27,966 nt of DNA from Erysipelotrichaceae bacterium (GCA_021200395.1 JAJQGQ010000103.1:2747-30712); one strand, 5' to 3'; positions 1-10,148 are shown, counted from the stretch's first letter. Notes: generated by a model from the sequence alone, not told the origin. Translations and numbers: made by a program.

Positions 1-415
1 CATCACTCATTCTGATTGTATAATCATATTCATAATTTCCACTTGTGAATTCTAATTCATAAACCTTTACACCATCTTCTGTATCAGTCTTAATTGTATA
101 GTTAGATACGCTTGTTACACCAGCATGATTCATAGCGATTGATTTTGCTTTATCTTTTGTGATAGAAGATGTTGTCGTTGTTGAAGAAGTTGTAGATGAA
201 GAAGTTGTATTGTTAGTTGTCTTTACTGCTTCTTTATCAACATCTAAGATCTTTCCATCACTCATTCTGATTGTATAATCATATTCATAATTTCCACTTG
301 TGAATTCTAACTCATAAACCTTTACACCATCTTCTGTATCAGTCTTAATTGTATAGTTAGATACACTTGTTACACCTGCATGATTCATAGCAATTGATTT
401 TGCTTTATCTTTTGT
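1..415. repeat. Intragenic 255-bp-period tandem duplication (one PepSY unit plus linker, 85 aa)
   Basis: 1-160 is repeated almost identically at 256-415. The differences seen are synonymous (e.g. GAA/GAG, GCT/GCA, ATC/ATT). Confidence 0.95.
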
Positions 416-835
416 AATTGTAGAAGTTGTTGTCGTTGTATCAGTAGTCGTTGTATTAGTTGTTGTCGTTGTAGCAACTACTTTTGTTTCACGTTTGATT
501 ATTTCACCTGTTTGAGCATTGATTTCGTAATCATATTCAATACCATCACTTGTAAAATCTACATCATAAACTTGTACACCATCATCATAATCTAATTGAA
601 CATCTTCCATTGTTGCGTCCGTCACATTAGCATCTTTCAATGCAACTTCTTTAGCTTCATCGACTGTCATAACATCTGTTGTCGTGTTTGTATTTTCTGC
701 GTCTGCTTCTACTTGTTCTACTTTAGGTACGAATGTTAATAATGATACTAGCATAACACCAGCTAATCCAATAGCTCCAATTTGAAAGTAACGATTTGAT
801 TTTAATTTTGCAAACATTTCCTTTAATTTTTTCAT
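1..835 (-). CDS. Secreted/anchored multi-PepSY-domain protein with Thr/Ser-rich linkers (3' end runs off the window)
   Basis: Not in the ORF track. Manual translation from ATG at 835 (RBS GAGGAGG at 843-849): MKKLKEMFAKLKSNRYFQIGAIGLAGVMLVSLLTFVPK..., then PepSY-like units (MTVDEAKEVALKDA...YDVDF...EYDYEINAQTGEII; ITKDKAKSIAMNHAG...YELEF...EYDYTIRMSDGKIL) separated by poly-Thr/Ser linkers. The frame is open to position 1. Confidence 0.9.
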   Translation of the reverse strand, partial: MKKLKEMFAKLKSNRYFQIGAIGLAGVMLVSLLTFVPKVEQVEADAENTNTTTDVMTVDEAKEVALKDANVTDATMEDVQLDYDDGVQVYDVDFTSDGIEYDYEINAQTGEIIKRETKVVATTTTTNTTTTDTTTTTSTITKDKAKSIAMNHAGVTSVSNYTIKTDTEDGVKVYELEFTSGNYEYDYTIRMSDGKILDVDKEAVKTTNNTTSSSTTSSTTTTSSITKDKAKSIAMNHAGVTSVSNYTIKTDTEDGVKVYELEFTSGNYEYDYTIRMSD

Positions 836-916
836 GATTTTGTCCTCCTCTAAAATGTTTTTGCGTTTTGGGGAGTGGCAAGATACTTGAGCTCGATCTT
901 TTTTCCCTCTTTACTT

Positions 917-1091
917 ATTTAATGCATTTTATTAATGAATTATTGAATTAAATTTTATTTTTTTTAAGAGTTTTATCTCTTTTCATTAATTTAATGCTTT
1001 GTATTGATAAATTATTGCATTAAATTTTATTTTTTTAAGAGTTTTTATCTCTTTTTATTAATTTAATGCATAAACATAATATTTTATTGCA
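917..1091. repeat. About 2.5 copies of a 72-bp tandem repeat upstream of the PepSY gene
   Basis: ATTTAATGC starts at 917, 989 and 1061; TTATTG starts at 940, 1012 and 1084. The 60-bp blocks 938-997 and 1010-1069 differ by 2 substitutions and 2 homopolymer length shifts. Confidence 0.85.
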
Positions 1092-1098
1092 AGAAAAT

Positions 1099-1125
1099 AA
1101 AAAAACCGTAAATTACGGTTTTTTT
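1099..1125 (-). terminator. Intrinsic terminator of the ABC transporter gene
   Basis: Perfect 13-1-13 inverted repeat AAAAAAACCGTAA-A-TTACGGTTTTTTT abutting the stop codon. Confidence 0.85.
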
Positions 1126-4100
1126 ACTCATTTCTTAAAGCTGTTACTGGATCTTCATTAGCAGCTTGTCTTGATGGAATAAATCCACCAATCAATGTTA
1201 AGACTGTACTTAATATAATCAATACAACTCCACCCATGACTGGAAGTTGAGCATTAACACTAGTATTACCTGCAACAGTGTGAATAATATAGTTACCAGG
1301 TATCAATAGTAATAAACTAATCACTATACCTAAAACACCAGCAAGTAATCCAATAATAAATGTTTCAGCATTGAATACCTGAGATATATTATTTTTACTA
1401 GCACCCATAGCACGCAAGATACCAATTTCTTTCTTTCTCTCTAATACACTTATATAAGTAATAACACCAATCATAATAGATGAAACAACTAATGAAATAG
1501 CCACAAATGCCATTAATACATAACTTAATGTATTAATAATATCAGTAACAGATGTCATTAATGTACCAACTAAATCTGTATAAGAAATAACCTTATCTTC
1601 ATCTCCGTTAGCTTCCATACGGTCATTATAAGCATCTAAGATATTAATAACTTCTTCTTTGCTTTCAAAATCTATTGGATAAATATCTATTTCAGAAGGT
1701 GTATCATAATCAACATATCCTAATGTAGATAAATTACTATCATACGTAGAAGTTGTAGAAGTCATAAGAGTTGTTAATAACTCTGTCATATCATCTTCAT
1801 CCATATTCATTTGGAATGCATTTGCAAAAGCATCAGTATCAATACTTAATGCATTAGCCATTGAAGAACTTAATGAAGAAAGTTGAGATGTCAATTGCTG
1901 TTCTAAGCTTGAACTCATAGATGACATAACTGATGACATATAGTTTGTCATAATAGCAGTTATTTGATCTTCTAAACCACTTGAAGTCATCCAATTTGTT
2001 AGATAGTTTGTAATAATATTACTTGCTGTATCTGAATTTAAATAATCTGTGATATAAGTTGTTAAATCTGTCATATTTGATAGATTATTTTCATCAGCAT
2101 AATCATTATAGCTAGCCATTAATTGATTTAATATTTCTTCCATTTGTTCAGTAGTAATCGTTAATTCTCCATTTTCGCTAATAGCTTCTTGAATTAATTG
2201 TTGCATTTGTTGATTAACTTCAGTAGAAGTTAAATAACTTTGTAAATCTTCTGAGAAAGAATTAATATTAGAATCGCTATTACTTGCATAAGATGCATAA
2301 CCATCAACAAGTTCATTTACTAATTCTGTCATATCATCACTAGACATATCAAAATTTAATTGCGATATGATATCACTCATATCCAATTCTGGTAAATCCA
2401 TTTGTGTCATAACACCATTTAACCCACTCAAATCAATACTCATAGCACTCTCATCAAATTGGAAAGCACTCGTTAAAGCATCTTCATCAATAGAAAACAT
2501 TGAACTAAAATCAAAAGAACTATCATCATCAGCATCAAAACTTTCACCTGTAAAAACATTGATATCTGGATTAGCTAATTGTTCTTGGACAATTTCACTA
2601 TTATATGCTTCATCAATAATATATGATGTTAATGCTGAAGTATAATAGATACCAGATGTTAACATTGTAGCTGTAACATCTTCTTTAGGTTGAACAATAC
2701 CAACAATTGTTAAATCTTCTCCATTATCAATAATATCTTTCATATAATCATCATCATCTGATTTATCTTTCCAAACATTATATTCTTCATCATATTCATA
2801 ATAATCAGCTGAATTAACAAGCTTAAATGTAATACCTAATATATCATCATAAGTATACGTACCATCTGTTGTAGTAACAGTTATCTCTTCATCATTAGAA
2901 AATTGTTCTAACATATCTTCCAATTCTGTATAATCTCTTAAACCTAATGGGTATAATAAGAAATCACTTATGCTACCACCACTTGATAAAACCAATACAC
3001 ATTCATTGTAACTTGTTGGCCAACTTCCTGCCACTACATCATATTGATCATCATATAATGAAGTGTTTTCAGGCATTTGATAGAAAACATCTGTACTCAT
3101 CATACTAGACATAAGACTGTTTGAGCTTGAAGAAGAAAGGCCCAAAGCACTAAATGAACCATCAGGATTAACTTGATGTATGGTACTTGTATCAGAACTA
3201 AAAATTTGTGGTGTAACATCATAAATATATTCTATAGCACTTGTATATTCTTCTAAACCACTTTCTCCACTGTCAATATATTCCTTCAATGATTCCAAAT
3301 CATTTGACCCAATAGTAGAAAACATAGTAGAAACAGTAGAATTAACTTGTATTTCATCTTCTGAACTACCACTTCTAGCAGTTTCTGCAATGCCTGTCAT
3401 ACCAGAAAGCATCGATGTCATATCAAAACCTGTACTTGTAATCGATATTGGATATTCTGACATAGTTTCTTCTTCAACATCAGCAATATAAGCATTAACA
3501 CCAGTAGATAAAGACAATATTAAAGCGATACCTATAATACCAATAGAACCAGCAAAAGATGTTAAAATTGTTCTAGCTTTCTTAGTATTAAGATTGTTAA
3601 AACTCAATGTTAGTGATGTTAATAAAGACATACCTGTTTTACCCATGTTCTTATGAACTGGTTTAACTAATGATTGTTCAATTTTATATGGATCACTATC
3701 ACTAGTAATCTTACCATCTTTTAAAGTAACAATTCTTGTTGCATAATCTTGAGCCAATTCAGGATTATGTGTTACCATAACAACCAATCGATCATTTGCT
3801 ACTTCTTTTAATAAATCCATAACCTGAACACTCGTATCACTATCTAATGCTCCTGTAGGTTCATCAGCTAATAAGATATCTGGATCATTTACCAATGCTC
3901 TAGCAATGGCTACTCTTTGCATCTGTCCACCAGATAATTGATTAGGTTTTTTATGCACTTGATCGCCTAAACCTACTTTATCTAACGCTTCTTGTGCTCT
4001 TTTCCTTCTTTCAGCCTTTGATATACCTGAAATAGTAAGCGCCAATTCAACATTAGATAAAATCGTTTGATGTGGAATCAAATTGTAACTTTGAAAAACA

Positions 4101-4360
4101 AAACCAATCGTATGGTTACGATATGAATCCCAATCTCTATCTTTATATTTTTTAGTAGAAATACCATTAATAATCAAATCACCTTTATCATAGCGATCTA
4201 ATCCACCAATAATATTCAACAAAGTTGTTTTACCCGAACCACTAGGTCCAAGTATAGCAACAAACTCATTATCCCTAAGATTTAAACTTACCCCATCCAA
4301 AGCTTTTTGAACAAGAGCCCCAGTTTTATATTGCTTATGAATATTCTTTATTTGCAACAT
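1124..4360 (-). CDS. Fused ABC transporter ATP-binding protein / FtsX-MacB-type permease with a very large acidic extracytoplasmic domain
   Basis: Walker A GPSGSGKT, signature LSGGQ, Walker B ILLADEP, switch MVTH, TM1 (FAGSIGIIGIALIL), C-terminal FtsX motif ERKKEIGILRAMGA. Start moved to 4360 (MLQIKN) because AGGAG at 4370-4374 is 9 nt upstream. Confidence 0.93.
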   Translation of the reverse strand: MLQIKNIHKQYKTGALVQKALDGVSLNLRDNEFVAILGPSGSGKTTLLNIIGGLDRYDKGDLIINGISTKKYKDRDWDSYRNHTIGFVFQSYNLIPHQTILSNVELALTISGISKAERRKRAQEALDKVGLGDQVHKKPNQLSGGQMQRVAIARALVNDPDILLADEPTGALDSDTSVQVMDLLKEVANDRLVVMVTHNPELAQDYATRIVTLKDGKITSDSDPYKIEQSLVKPVHKNMGKTGMSLLTSLTLSFNNLNTKKARTILTSFAGSIGIIGIALILSLSTGVNAYIADVEEETMSEYPISITSTGFDMTSMLSGMTGIAETARSGSSEDEIQVNSTVSTMFSTIGSNDLESLKEYIDSGESGLEEYTSAIEYIYDVTPQIFSSDTSTIHQVNPDGSFSALGLSSSSSNSLMSSMMSTDVFYQMPENTSLYDDQYDVVAGSWPTSYNECVLVLSSGGSISDFLLYPLGLRDYTELEDMLEQFSNDEEITVTTTDGTYTYDDILGITFKLVNSADYYEYDEEYNVWKDKSDDDDYMKDIIDNGEDLTIVGIVQPKEDVTATMLTSGIYYTSALTSYIIDEAYNSEIVQEQLANPDINVFTGESFDADDDSSFDFSSMFSIDEDALTSAFQFDESAMSIDLSGLNGVMTQMDLPELDMSDIISQLNFDMSSDDMTELVNELVDGYASYASNSDSNINSFSEDLQSYLTSTEVNQQMQQLIQEAISENGELTITTEQMEEILNQLMASYNDYADENNLSNMTDLTTYITDYLNSDTASNIITNYLTNWMTSSGLEDQITAIMTNYMSSVMSSMSSSLEQQLTSQLSSLSSSMANALSIDTDAFANAFQMNMDEDDMTELLTTLMTSTTSTYDSNLSTLGYVDYDTPSEIDIYPIDFESKEEVINILDAYNDRMEANGDEDKVISYTDLVGTLMTSVTDIINTLSYVLMAFVAISLVVSSIMIGVITYISVLERKKEIGILRAMGASKNNISQVFNAETFIIGLLAGVLGIVISLLLLIPGNYIIHTVAGNTSVNAQLPVMGGVVLIILSTVLTLIGGFIPSRQAANEDPVTALRNE

Positions 4361-4585
4361 AATTATCATCTCCTAACTATGAGTATAAAGAATTATTGTA
4401 AACTAAAAATAAACAATTGTTAAATTATGTGAAATAATCCACGTTATCGAAGGTTATCTTAAAATGTCAACAAGAACAAAAGATTTCATTATGATTATTG
4501 ATAAAAAAACATACTGTATAATTTGGTTATATTATGCTAACTATATACTTTATGAATGAATTTGTTAGCACACAACAAAGGAAAG

Positions 4586-5386
4586 ATGGACTATGGGAAA
4601 AAACTTAAATTAGGAGATGTTCAAGAAACTGCGCTTATTCCACTGTCGAACAGAGCAACAGAAACATTAAGGAAAAATCCAAGAGTACGAGATCCTAAGG
4701 CTGTTCAGGTTATAAATGAACTATGTATAACAACCAAAAAATATGATAAAACCATAACACATGAATGCGTGATTGCTCGAACAATCATGTTCGATGATAC
4801 TGTAAAGTCTTTTATAGAAAGATACCCCAATGCACTTTGTCTTAATATTGGTTGTGGACTAGATGATCGTTTTAACAGAGTCGATAATGGACATATTCTT
4901 TGGTATGACATCGATTTAAAGGACTCTATCGCCGTAAGAAATAAGATATTTGAAAATACGGACCGAAGGAAAATGGTTGTAGGATCTGTTTTAGAAACAG
5001 AATGGTATAAGCATATATTTGATTCTGACAATGAGGCTCGCAAGGTACTTGTAATTGCTGAGGGTCTTCTTATCTATTTTTCTAAGGAAGATAACCAAAA
5101 AATATTAAAGAATATTGTATCACTTTCTCCACATGGAACCTTTATAGTGGAAATGATGCGACCATCTACGATGGACGAAAAAAAGCATGATACAGTTAAA
5201 GAAACTAACGCAAAGTTTGGGTGGGGAACAACATCTGGACATGAATTTGAACAATTAGAGCCAAAGATGAAATTGGTCAGTGAACATAGTTTTTCAGAGC
5301 AGATGATGAAGTCAACATTAATAAGCAGAATTATAGGACTGGTAAGCAAGAAGATTAATAATCGTATAGCTATTTTTGAATGGTAG
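4586..5386 (+). CDS. Class I SAM-dependent methyltransferase (leucine-carboxyl MTase/TcmP-like family)
   Basis: Motifs VQETALIPL, ARTIMFD, LNIGCGLDDR, WYDIDL, IAEGLLIY. ATG at 4586 follows AAGGAAAG; the ORF track starts at 4556. Confidence 0.85.
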   Translation: MDYGKKLKLGDVQETALIPLSNRATETLRKNPRVRDPKAVQVINELCITTKKYDKTITHECVIARTIMFDDTVKSFIERYPNALCLNIGCGLDDRFNRVDNGHILWYDIDLKDSIAVRNKIFENTDRRKMVVGSVLETEWYKHIFDSDNEARKVLVIAEGLLIYFSKEDNQKILKNIVSLSPHGTFIVEMMRPSTMDEKKHDTVKETNAKFGWGTTSGHEFEQLEPKMKLVSEHSFSEQMMKSTLISRIIGLVSKKINNRIAIFEW

Positions 5387-5497
5387 GAAATTGCAACAAG
5401 ACCTATATTGTTTTAGTGGACGTATATATTTTTTCTTTGCGTTTTAACTATATCAGCTATAATAAAAATATAATTATTTTATATTTCAAACAACAAA

Positions 5498-5534
5498 TGT
5501 AATATTTGACATTACAATAAAGTGGGAATATAAT
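5498..5534 (+). promoter_or_regulatory. Consensus SigA promoter of the nitroreductase, overlapped by a TGTAAT-N7-ATTACA palindrome
   Basis: TTGACA 5506-5511, 17 bp spacer, TATAAT 5529-5534. Palindrome arms at 5498-5503 and 5511-5516 straddle the -35. Confidence 0.8.
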
Positions 5535-5557
5535 TTAACCAAGGAGGTTGATTAACT

Positions 5558-6085
5558 ATGGAAAATGTTGTTTTAGATAGTTTAAAAACACGTCGTAGTG
5601 TACGCAAATATTTAAATAAGCCAGTAGAACAAGAAAAAATCGATGCCATTCTCGAGGCAGCTACTTATGCACCTACAGGTGCTGGTTCTCAATCACCAGT
5701 GATTGTATTTGTACAAACACCAGAACTTGTTAAAAAAATTAGTAAGATGAATGCTCATGTAGCAGGTAGAGATGATTTTGATCCATTTTATGGTGCTCCT
5801 TGTGTAGCAATTGTATTTGCAAACAAAAAGGGTTCACCATCATGGTTTGAAGATGCATGTTTGGTAGCTGGAAATCTTTTAAATGCTGCTCATGCAGTAG
5901 GAGTGGATTCTTGTTATATTTATCGTGCAAAAGAAGTCTTTTCTTCAGATGAAGGTTTAGAGCTTTTAAAGAGCTGGGGATTAGATGAAAATTATGTTGG
6001 TGTTGCCAATTGTATTCTTGGCTATGGTGACGGTGATGCCCCAGTAGCTAAACAACGTAAAGAAAATTATATCTTAAAAGTATAA
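5558..6085 (+). CDS. Nitroreductase family protein
   Basis: TRRSVRKY, AATYAPTG, GNLLNAAHAVGVDSC motifs; RBS AAGGAGG. Confidence 0.92.
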   Translation: MENVVLDSLKTRRSVRKYLNKPVEQEKIDAILEAATYAPTGAGSQSPVIVFVQTPELVKKISKMNAHVAGRDDFDPFYGAPCVAIVFANKKGSPSWFEDACLVAGNLLNAAHAVGVDSCYIYRAKEVFSSDEGLELLKSWGLDENYVGVANCILGYGDGDAPVAKQRKENYILKV

Positions 6086-6106
6086 AACGTCAATTTGACG
6101 TTTTAT
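6082..6106 (+). terminator. Intrinsic terminator after the nitroreductase
   Basis: Perfect ATAAAACGTCAA-T-TTGACGTTTTAT followed by Ts. Confidence 0.8.
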
Positions 6107-6188
6107 TTTTATACAATAATAACAATGCAAAGAATACATGAATATGTATAAAATAATGTTTAATATTAATAAGTAAGCAAATTGCAAA

Positions 6189-6224
6189 TTTACGATTGAT
6201 TTTTAAGCCTATATAATGTATAAT
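6189..6224 (+). promoter_or_regulatory. Orphan SigA-like promoter(s) facing the 3' end of the antitoxin gene
   Basis: TTGATT 6196-6201, 17 bp, TATAAT 6219-6224. An overlapping TTTACG 6189-6194, 17 bp, TATAAT 6212-6217. Confidence 0.45.
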
Positions 6225-6313
6225 TTTTGCGAAATGAAAATATTTGGCCATGTTTGTAACTAACTACTTTATACAATTAAACAACTCATGCTTTTATATA
6301 TTTTCTTTTCATA

Positions 6314-6342
6314 AAAACACTCATGTTCATCATGAGTGTTTT
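6314..6342. terminator. Hairpin overlapping the antitoxin stop codon (probably a bidirectional terminator)
   Basis: AAAACACTCATG-TTCAT-CATGAGTGTTTT, 12-bp perfect stem. Confidence 0.75.
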
Positions 6343-7337
6343 AACATATCTCTTATATATAAATTTATTCCTTCTTCACAACTTAGATCGTATTTTTTTG
6401 AAACTGTTCGATAGTAATCTTTAATCATTTGTTTGGATAGTATTTCATGGGATGAAATATGATCTGAATATCCTTGTCTAGCAGTTTTCCAAGGATCTTC
6501 TTTATGTGTAATTCTTTCTAACATTTTTCCACTATACATACCAAAGGTATTAGAAACCAAATCAATGATTTTTTTATCTTCTATCGTTAATTCATCGGTT
6601 ATACCTTCAAATATGACAAACCTAACATCATCTATTGGATTATACTTAAAATCTTTAAACATATCATATACTTCACGATATACTGGACCATGGACCCATG
6701 CTTCACATTCTTCATAAAACATAGGTTTATTATTAATAGCATATGATAATCCTTGGATAAAATATAGTATCTTTTGTAACATGAGTGGTGTAACCTCTTC
6801 TAATTCTTCAAATACATATGCTATAACTTGTAACATTTTATCAGAAACAGAGAATTGATTTTCCATTTGTATTGCTACATTCATAGCTTTATTGAATGAT
6901 GACTCAGCTATTTTATCTTTATTTTGTATTAATAGTTTTTTCATATATGTTGGTGAAGACAAAGCTAATCTTATAATGTCTGAATACTCTTTAGAGGGAA
7001 TTTGTCCGGAAAGATAGCGAGTAATCGTTATTTCTCCAAAACCTAACGCTAAGGATAATGGAGCTTTTCCTAATTTATATATATGCATTAATTTATAAAT
7101 ATCACTTATTGAGACAATACCTTCATATGCTCTATATTGTTCATCTATTTCCTGAATATTTTTATCGATTAGACCTTGAATATTCATTTCTTCATGACAT
7201 TCACTACATTGAGCAATCGTTACATTAAAACGATATTCTTTATTTTTAATAGTTTTTATAATATTCTTTTTTTGTAAAAAATATTCAGTTTCTTTTCTAC
7301 AATTTATGCAATACTCTTTTTCTCTTTCTTGAGCCAT
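6330..7337 (-). CDS. Type II antitoxin: MqsA-like Zn finger + HTH fused to a Panacea (DUF4065/SocA-like) domain
   Basis: N-terminal CINC...CSEC; HTH region LSLALGFGEITITRYLSGQIP; C-terminal TPLMLQKILYFIQG...CEAWVHGPVYREVY...LERITHKEDPW, typical of DUF4065. Confidence 0.85.
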   Translation of the reverse strand: MAQEREKEYCINCRKETEYFLQKKNIIKTIKNKEYRFNVTIAQCSECHEEMNIQGLIDKNIQEIDEQYRAYEGIVSISDIYKLMHIYKLGKAPLSLALGFGEITITRYLSGQIPSKEYSDIIRLALSSPTYMKKLLIQNKDKIAESSFNKAMNVAIQMENQFSVSDKMLQVIAYVFEELEEVTPLMLQKILYFIQGLSYAINNKPMFYEECEAWVHGPVYREVYDMFKDFKYNPIDDVRFVIFEGITDELTIEDKKIIDLVSNTFGMYSGKMLERITHKEDPWKTARQGYSDHISSHEILSKQMIKDYYRTVSKKYDLSCEEGINLYIRDMLKHS

Positions 7338-7734
7338 TATTCTTTCTCTCCTTATAATAATATTTTAATGGATATTTTTGTTCATGTAACGATACAATTA
7401 GAACTAAACAATTATCTAATTTATTTATTTTTATGTATAAAGGTACTTTCTTTTGACCTTTACCAACTCTATATAACAATTGCACATCTTTACCAAATAC
7501 ATATAACATTTCATGTTCAAATCCAACATGTTCATTAGGTAAAATCTCTGAGAAATCCAATGGTGTTAATTGTAACAATATATCCTTTACCATTGTTTCA
7601 TCAATCACATAATTCATAAATAAATCTAAATTATCTTGTCTTTTATCATTTTTAGCAATGATATATTGATCTTTTTGTATAGATTCCTTAACTTCTATTA
7701 AATATTGATTTATATCGCTCATTGGTACATTCAA
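7297..7734 (-). CDS. Putative MqsR/RelE-superfamily ribonuclease toxin, upstream of and overlapping the antitoxin
   Basis: Toxin-first order; LYVFGK...LYIKIN...IVSLHE resembles the MqsR-type YxK...SFH arrangement. Start taken as TTG at 7734, 6 nt after GGAGGTG (the ORF-track start at 7749 lies in the RBS). Overlaps the antitoxin by 41 nt. Confidence 0.7.
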   Translation of the reverse strand: MNVPMSDINQYLIEVKESIQKDQYIIAKNDKRQDNLDLFMNYVIDETMVKDILLQLTPLDFSEILPNEHVGFEHEMLYVFGKDVQLLYRVGKGQKKVPLYIKINKLDNCLVLIVSLHEQKYPLKYYYKERKNNGSRKRKRVLHKL

Positions 7735-7761
7735 AGACTTCACCTCCAAACATATATTTTC

Positions 7762-7790
7762 ATTATAACCATACGATAGACTTTTTTCAA
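7762..7790 (-). promoter_or_regulatory. SigA promoter of the TA operon
   Basis: Minus strand: TTGAAA (7790-7785), 17 bp, TATAAT (7767-7762). Confidence 0.7.
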
Positions 7791-7851
7791 TATTCTATCA
7801 CAACTTGATTTTTGTGTTATGAACGTTTAATATAATACATGGAGGTTTAAT

Positions 7852-8955
7852 ATGAATAAAGATAGAATTGTTCATGAATTTTTAGAACTTACAAATATTG
7901 ATTCAGAAAGTTTTCATGAAAGAAAAATGGCTGATGTTTTAATAGATAAATTAAATGAATTAGGATTTGATGTTATAGAGGATGATGCTTATAAGTATTA
8001 TAATAGTGAGGCTGGTAATATTTATGGTTATTTAAAAGGAGAATTAGATAAACCAAGTATTTTGTTGTCTGCTCATATGGATACTGTTTCACCAGGGAAT
8101 CATAAGCATCCAATTATTGATGGAAATATTATCAAAAGTGATGAAACTACAGTACTTGGCGCAGATGATGTGGCTGGGCTAGTAGAAATATTGGAAGGTA
8201 TTAGATATGTACAAGAAAATCATATACCACATAGAGATATAGAGATATTATTTCCAATTGCTGAAGAACAATATGATAAAGGAACTCAAGTTTTTGATTT
8301 TAGTCAAATCAAATCTAAACAAGCTTATGTATTAGATTTAAGTGGTGATATTGGTACAGCAGCTATTAAAGCACCTTCCATTCTTTCTTTTGAAGTTAAA
8401 GTGATTGGCCAAGCATCACATGCTGGTTTTGATCCTGAAAATGGGATTCACGCTATCATGATTGCATCTCAAGCTATATCGAAATTAAGATTAGGTCATG
8501 TCGATGAAGAATCAACGCTCAATATTGGTACAATTCAAGGTGGTATTGCTAGAAATATTGTTCCTGAAGAAACAATCTGTTTAGGAGAAATAAGAAGTTA
8601 TGATCATAGTAAAGCTATGAAATATTTAAAAGAAGTTGAAGATATATTTAATGAAACTGCTAGTAAATATCATGGTCGTATTGAAATGAATGATGAAATA
8701 CATATGGAAGCTTATGAAAATGATATGAATAGTAATACAGTTAAAGATTTTATGAAAGCATGTAATAATATAGGCATTGAAACAAAGTTTATCCATACTT
8801 TTGGTGGTAGTGATAATAATCATTTTATGGAAAATGGTATTGAGGGGTTAGTTATATCAAGTGCTATGTATCATGTTCACTCTACAAAAGAATATACAAA
8901 AATTGATGAATTAGTAAAAGGTGCAAAACTTGTTGCACAATTAATTTGTGAATAA
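7852..8955 (+). CDS. M20/M25/M40 family metallopeptidase, peptidase T-like
   Basis: SAHMDTV, LGADD, AEE, GQASHAG, GGSDNN, HVHSTKE motifs; RBS GGAGG. Confidence 0.9.
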   Translation: MNKDRIVHEFLELTNIDSESFHERKMADVLIDKLNELGFDVIEDDAYKYYNSEAGNIYGYLKGELDKPSILLSAHMDTVSPGNHKHPIIDGNIIKSDETTVLGADDVAGLVEILEGIRYVQENHIPHRDIEILFPIAEEQYDKGTQVFDFSQIKSKQAYVLDLSGDIGTAAIKAPSILSFEVKVIGQASHAGFDPENGIHAIMIASQAISKLRLGHVDEESTLNIGTIQGGIARNIVPEETICLGEIRSYDHSKAMKYLKEVEDIFNETASKYHGRIEMNDEIHMEAYENDMNSNTVKDFMKACNNIGIETKFIHTFGGSDNNHFMENGIEGLVISSAMYHVHSTKEYTKIDELVKGAKLVAQLICE

Positions 8956-9005
8956 ACAATTTACTTTTACTATTTGTTTGAGTATAATGATTAATGCTGA
9001 AATGA

Positions 9006-10147
<1,142 letters not shown>

Positions 10148-10148
<1 letters not shown>

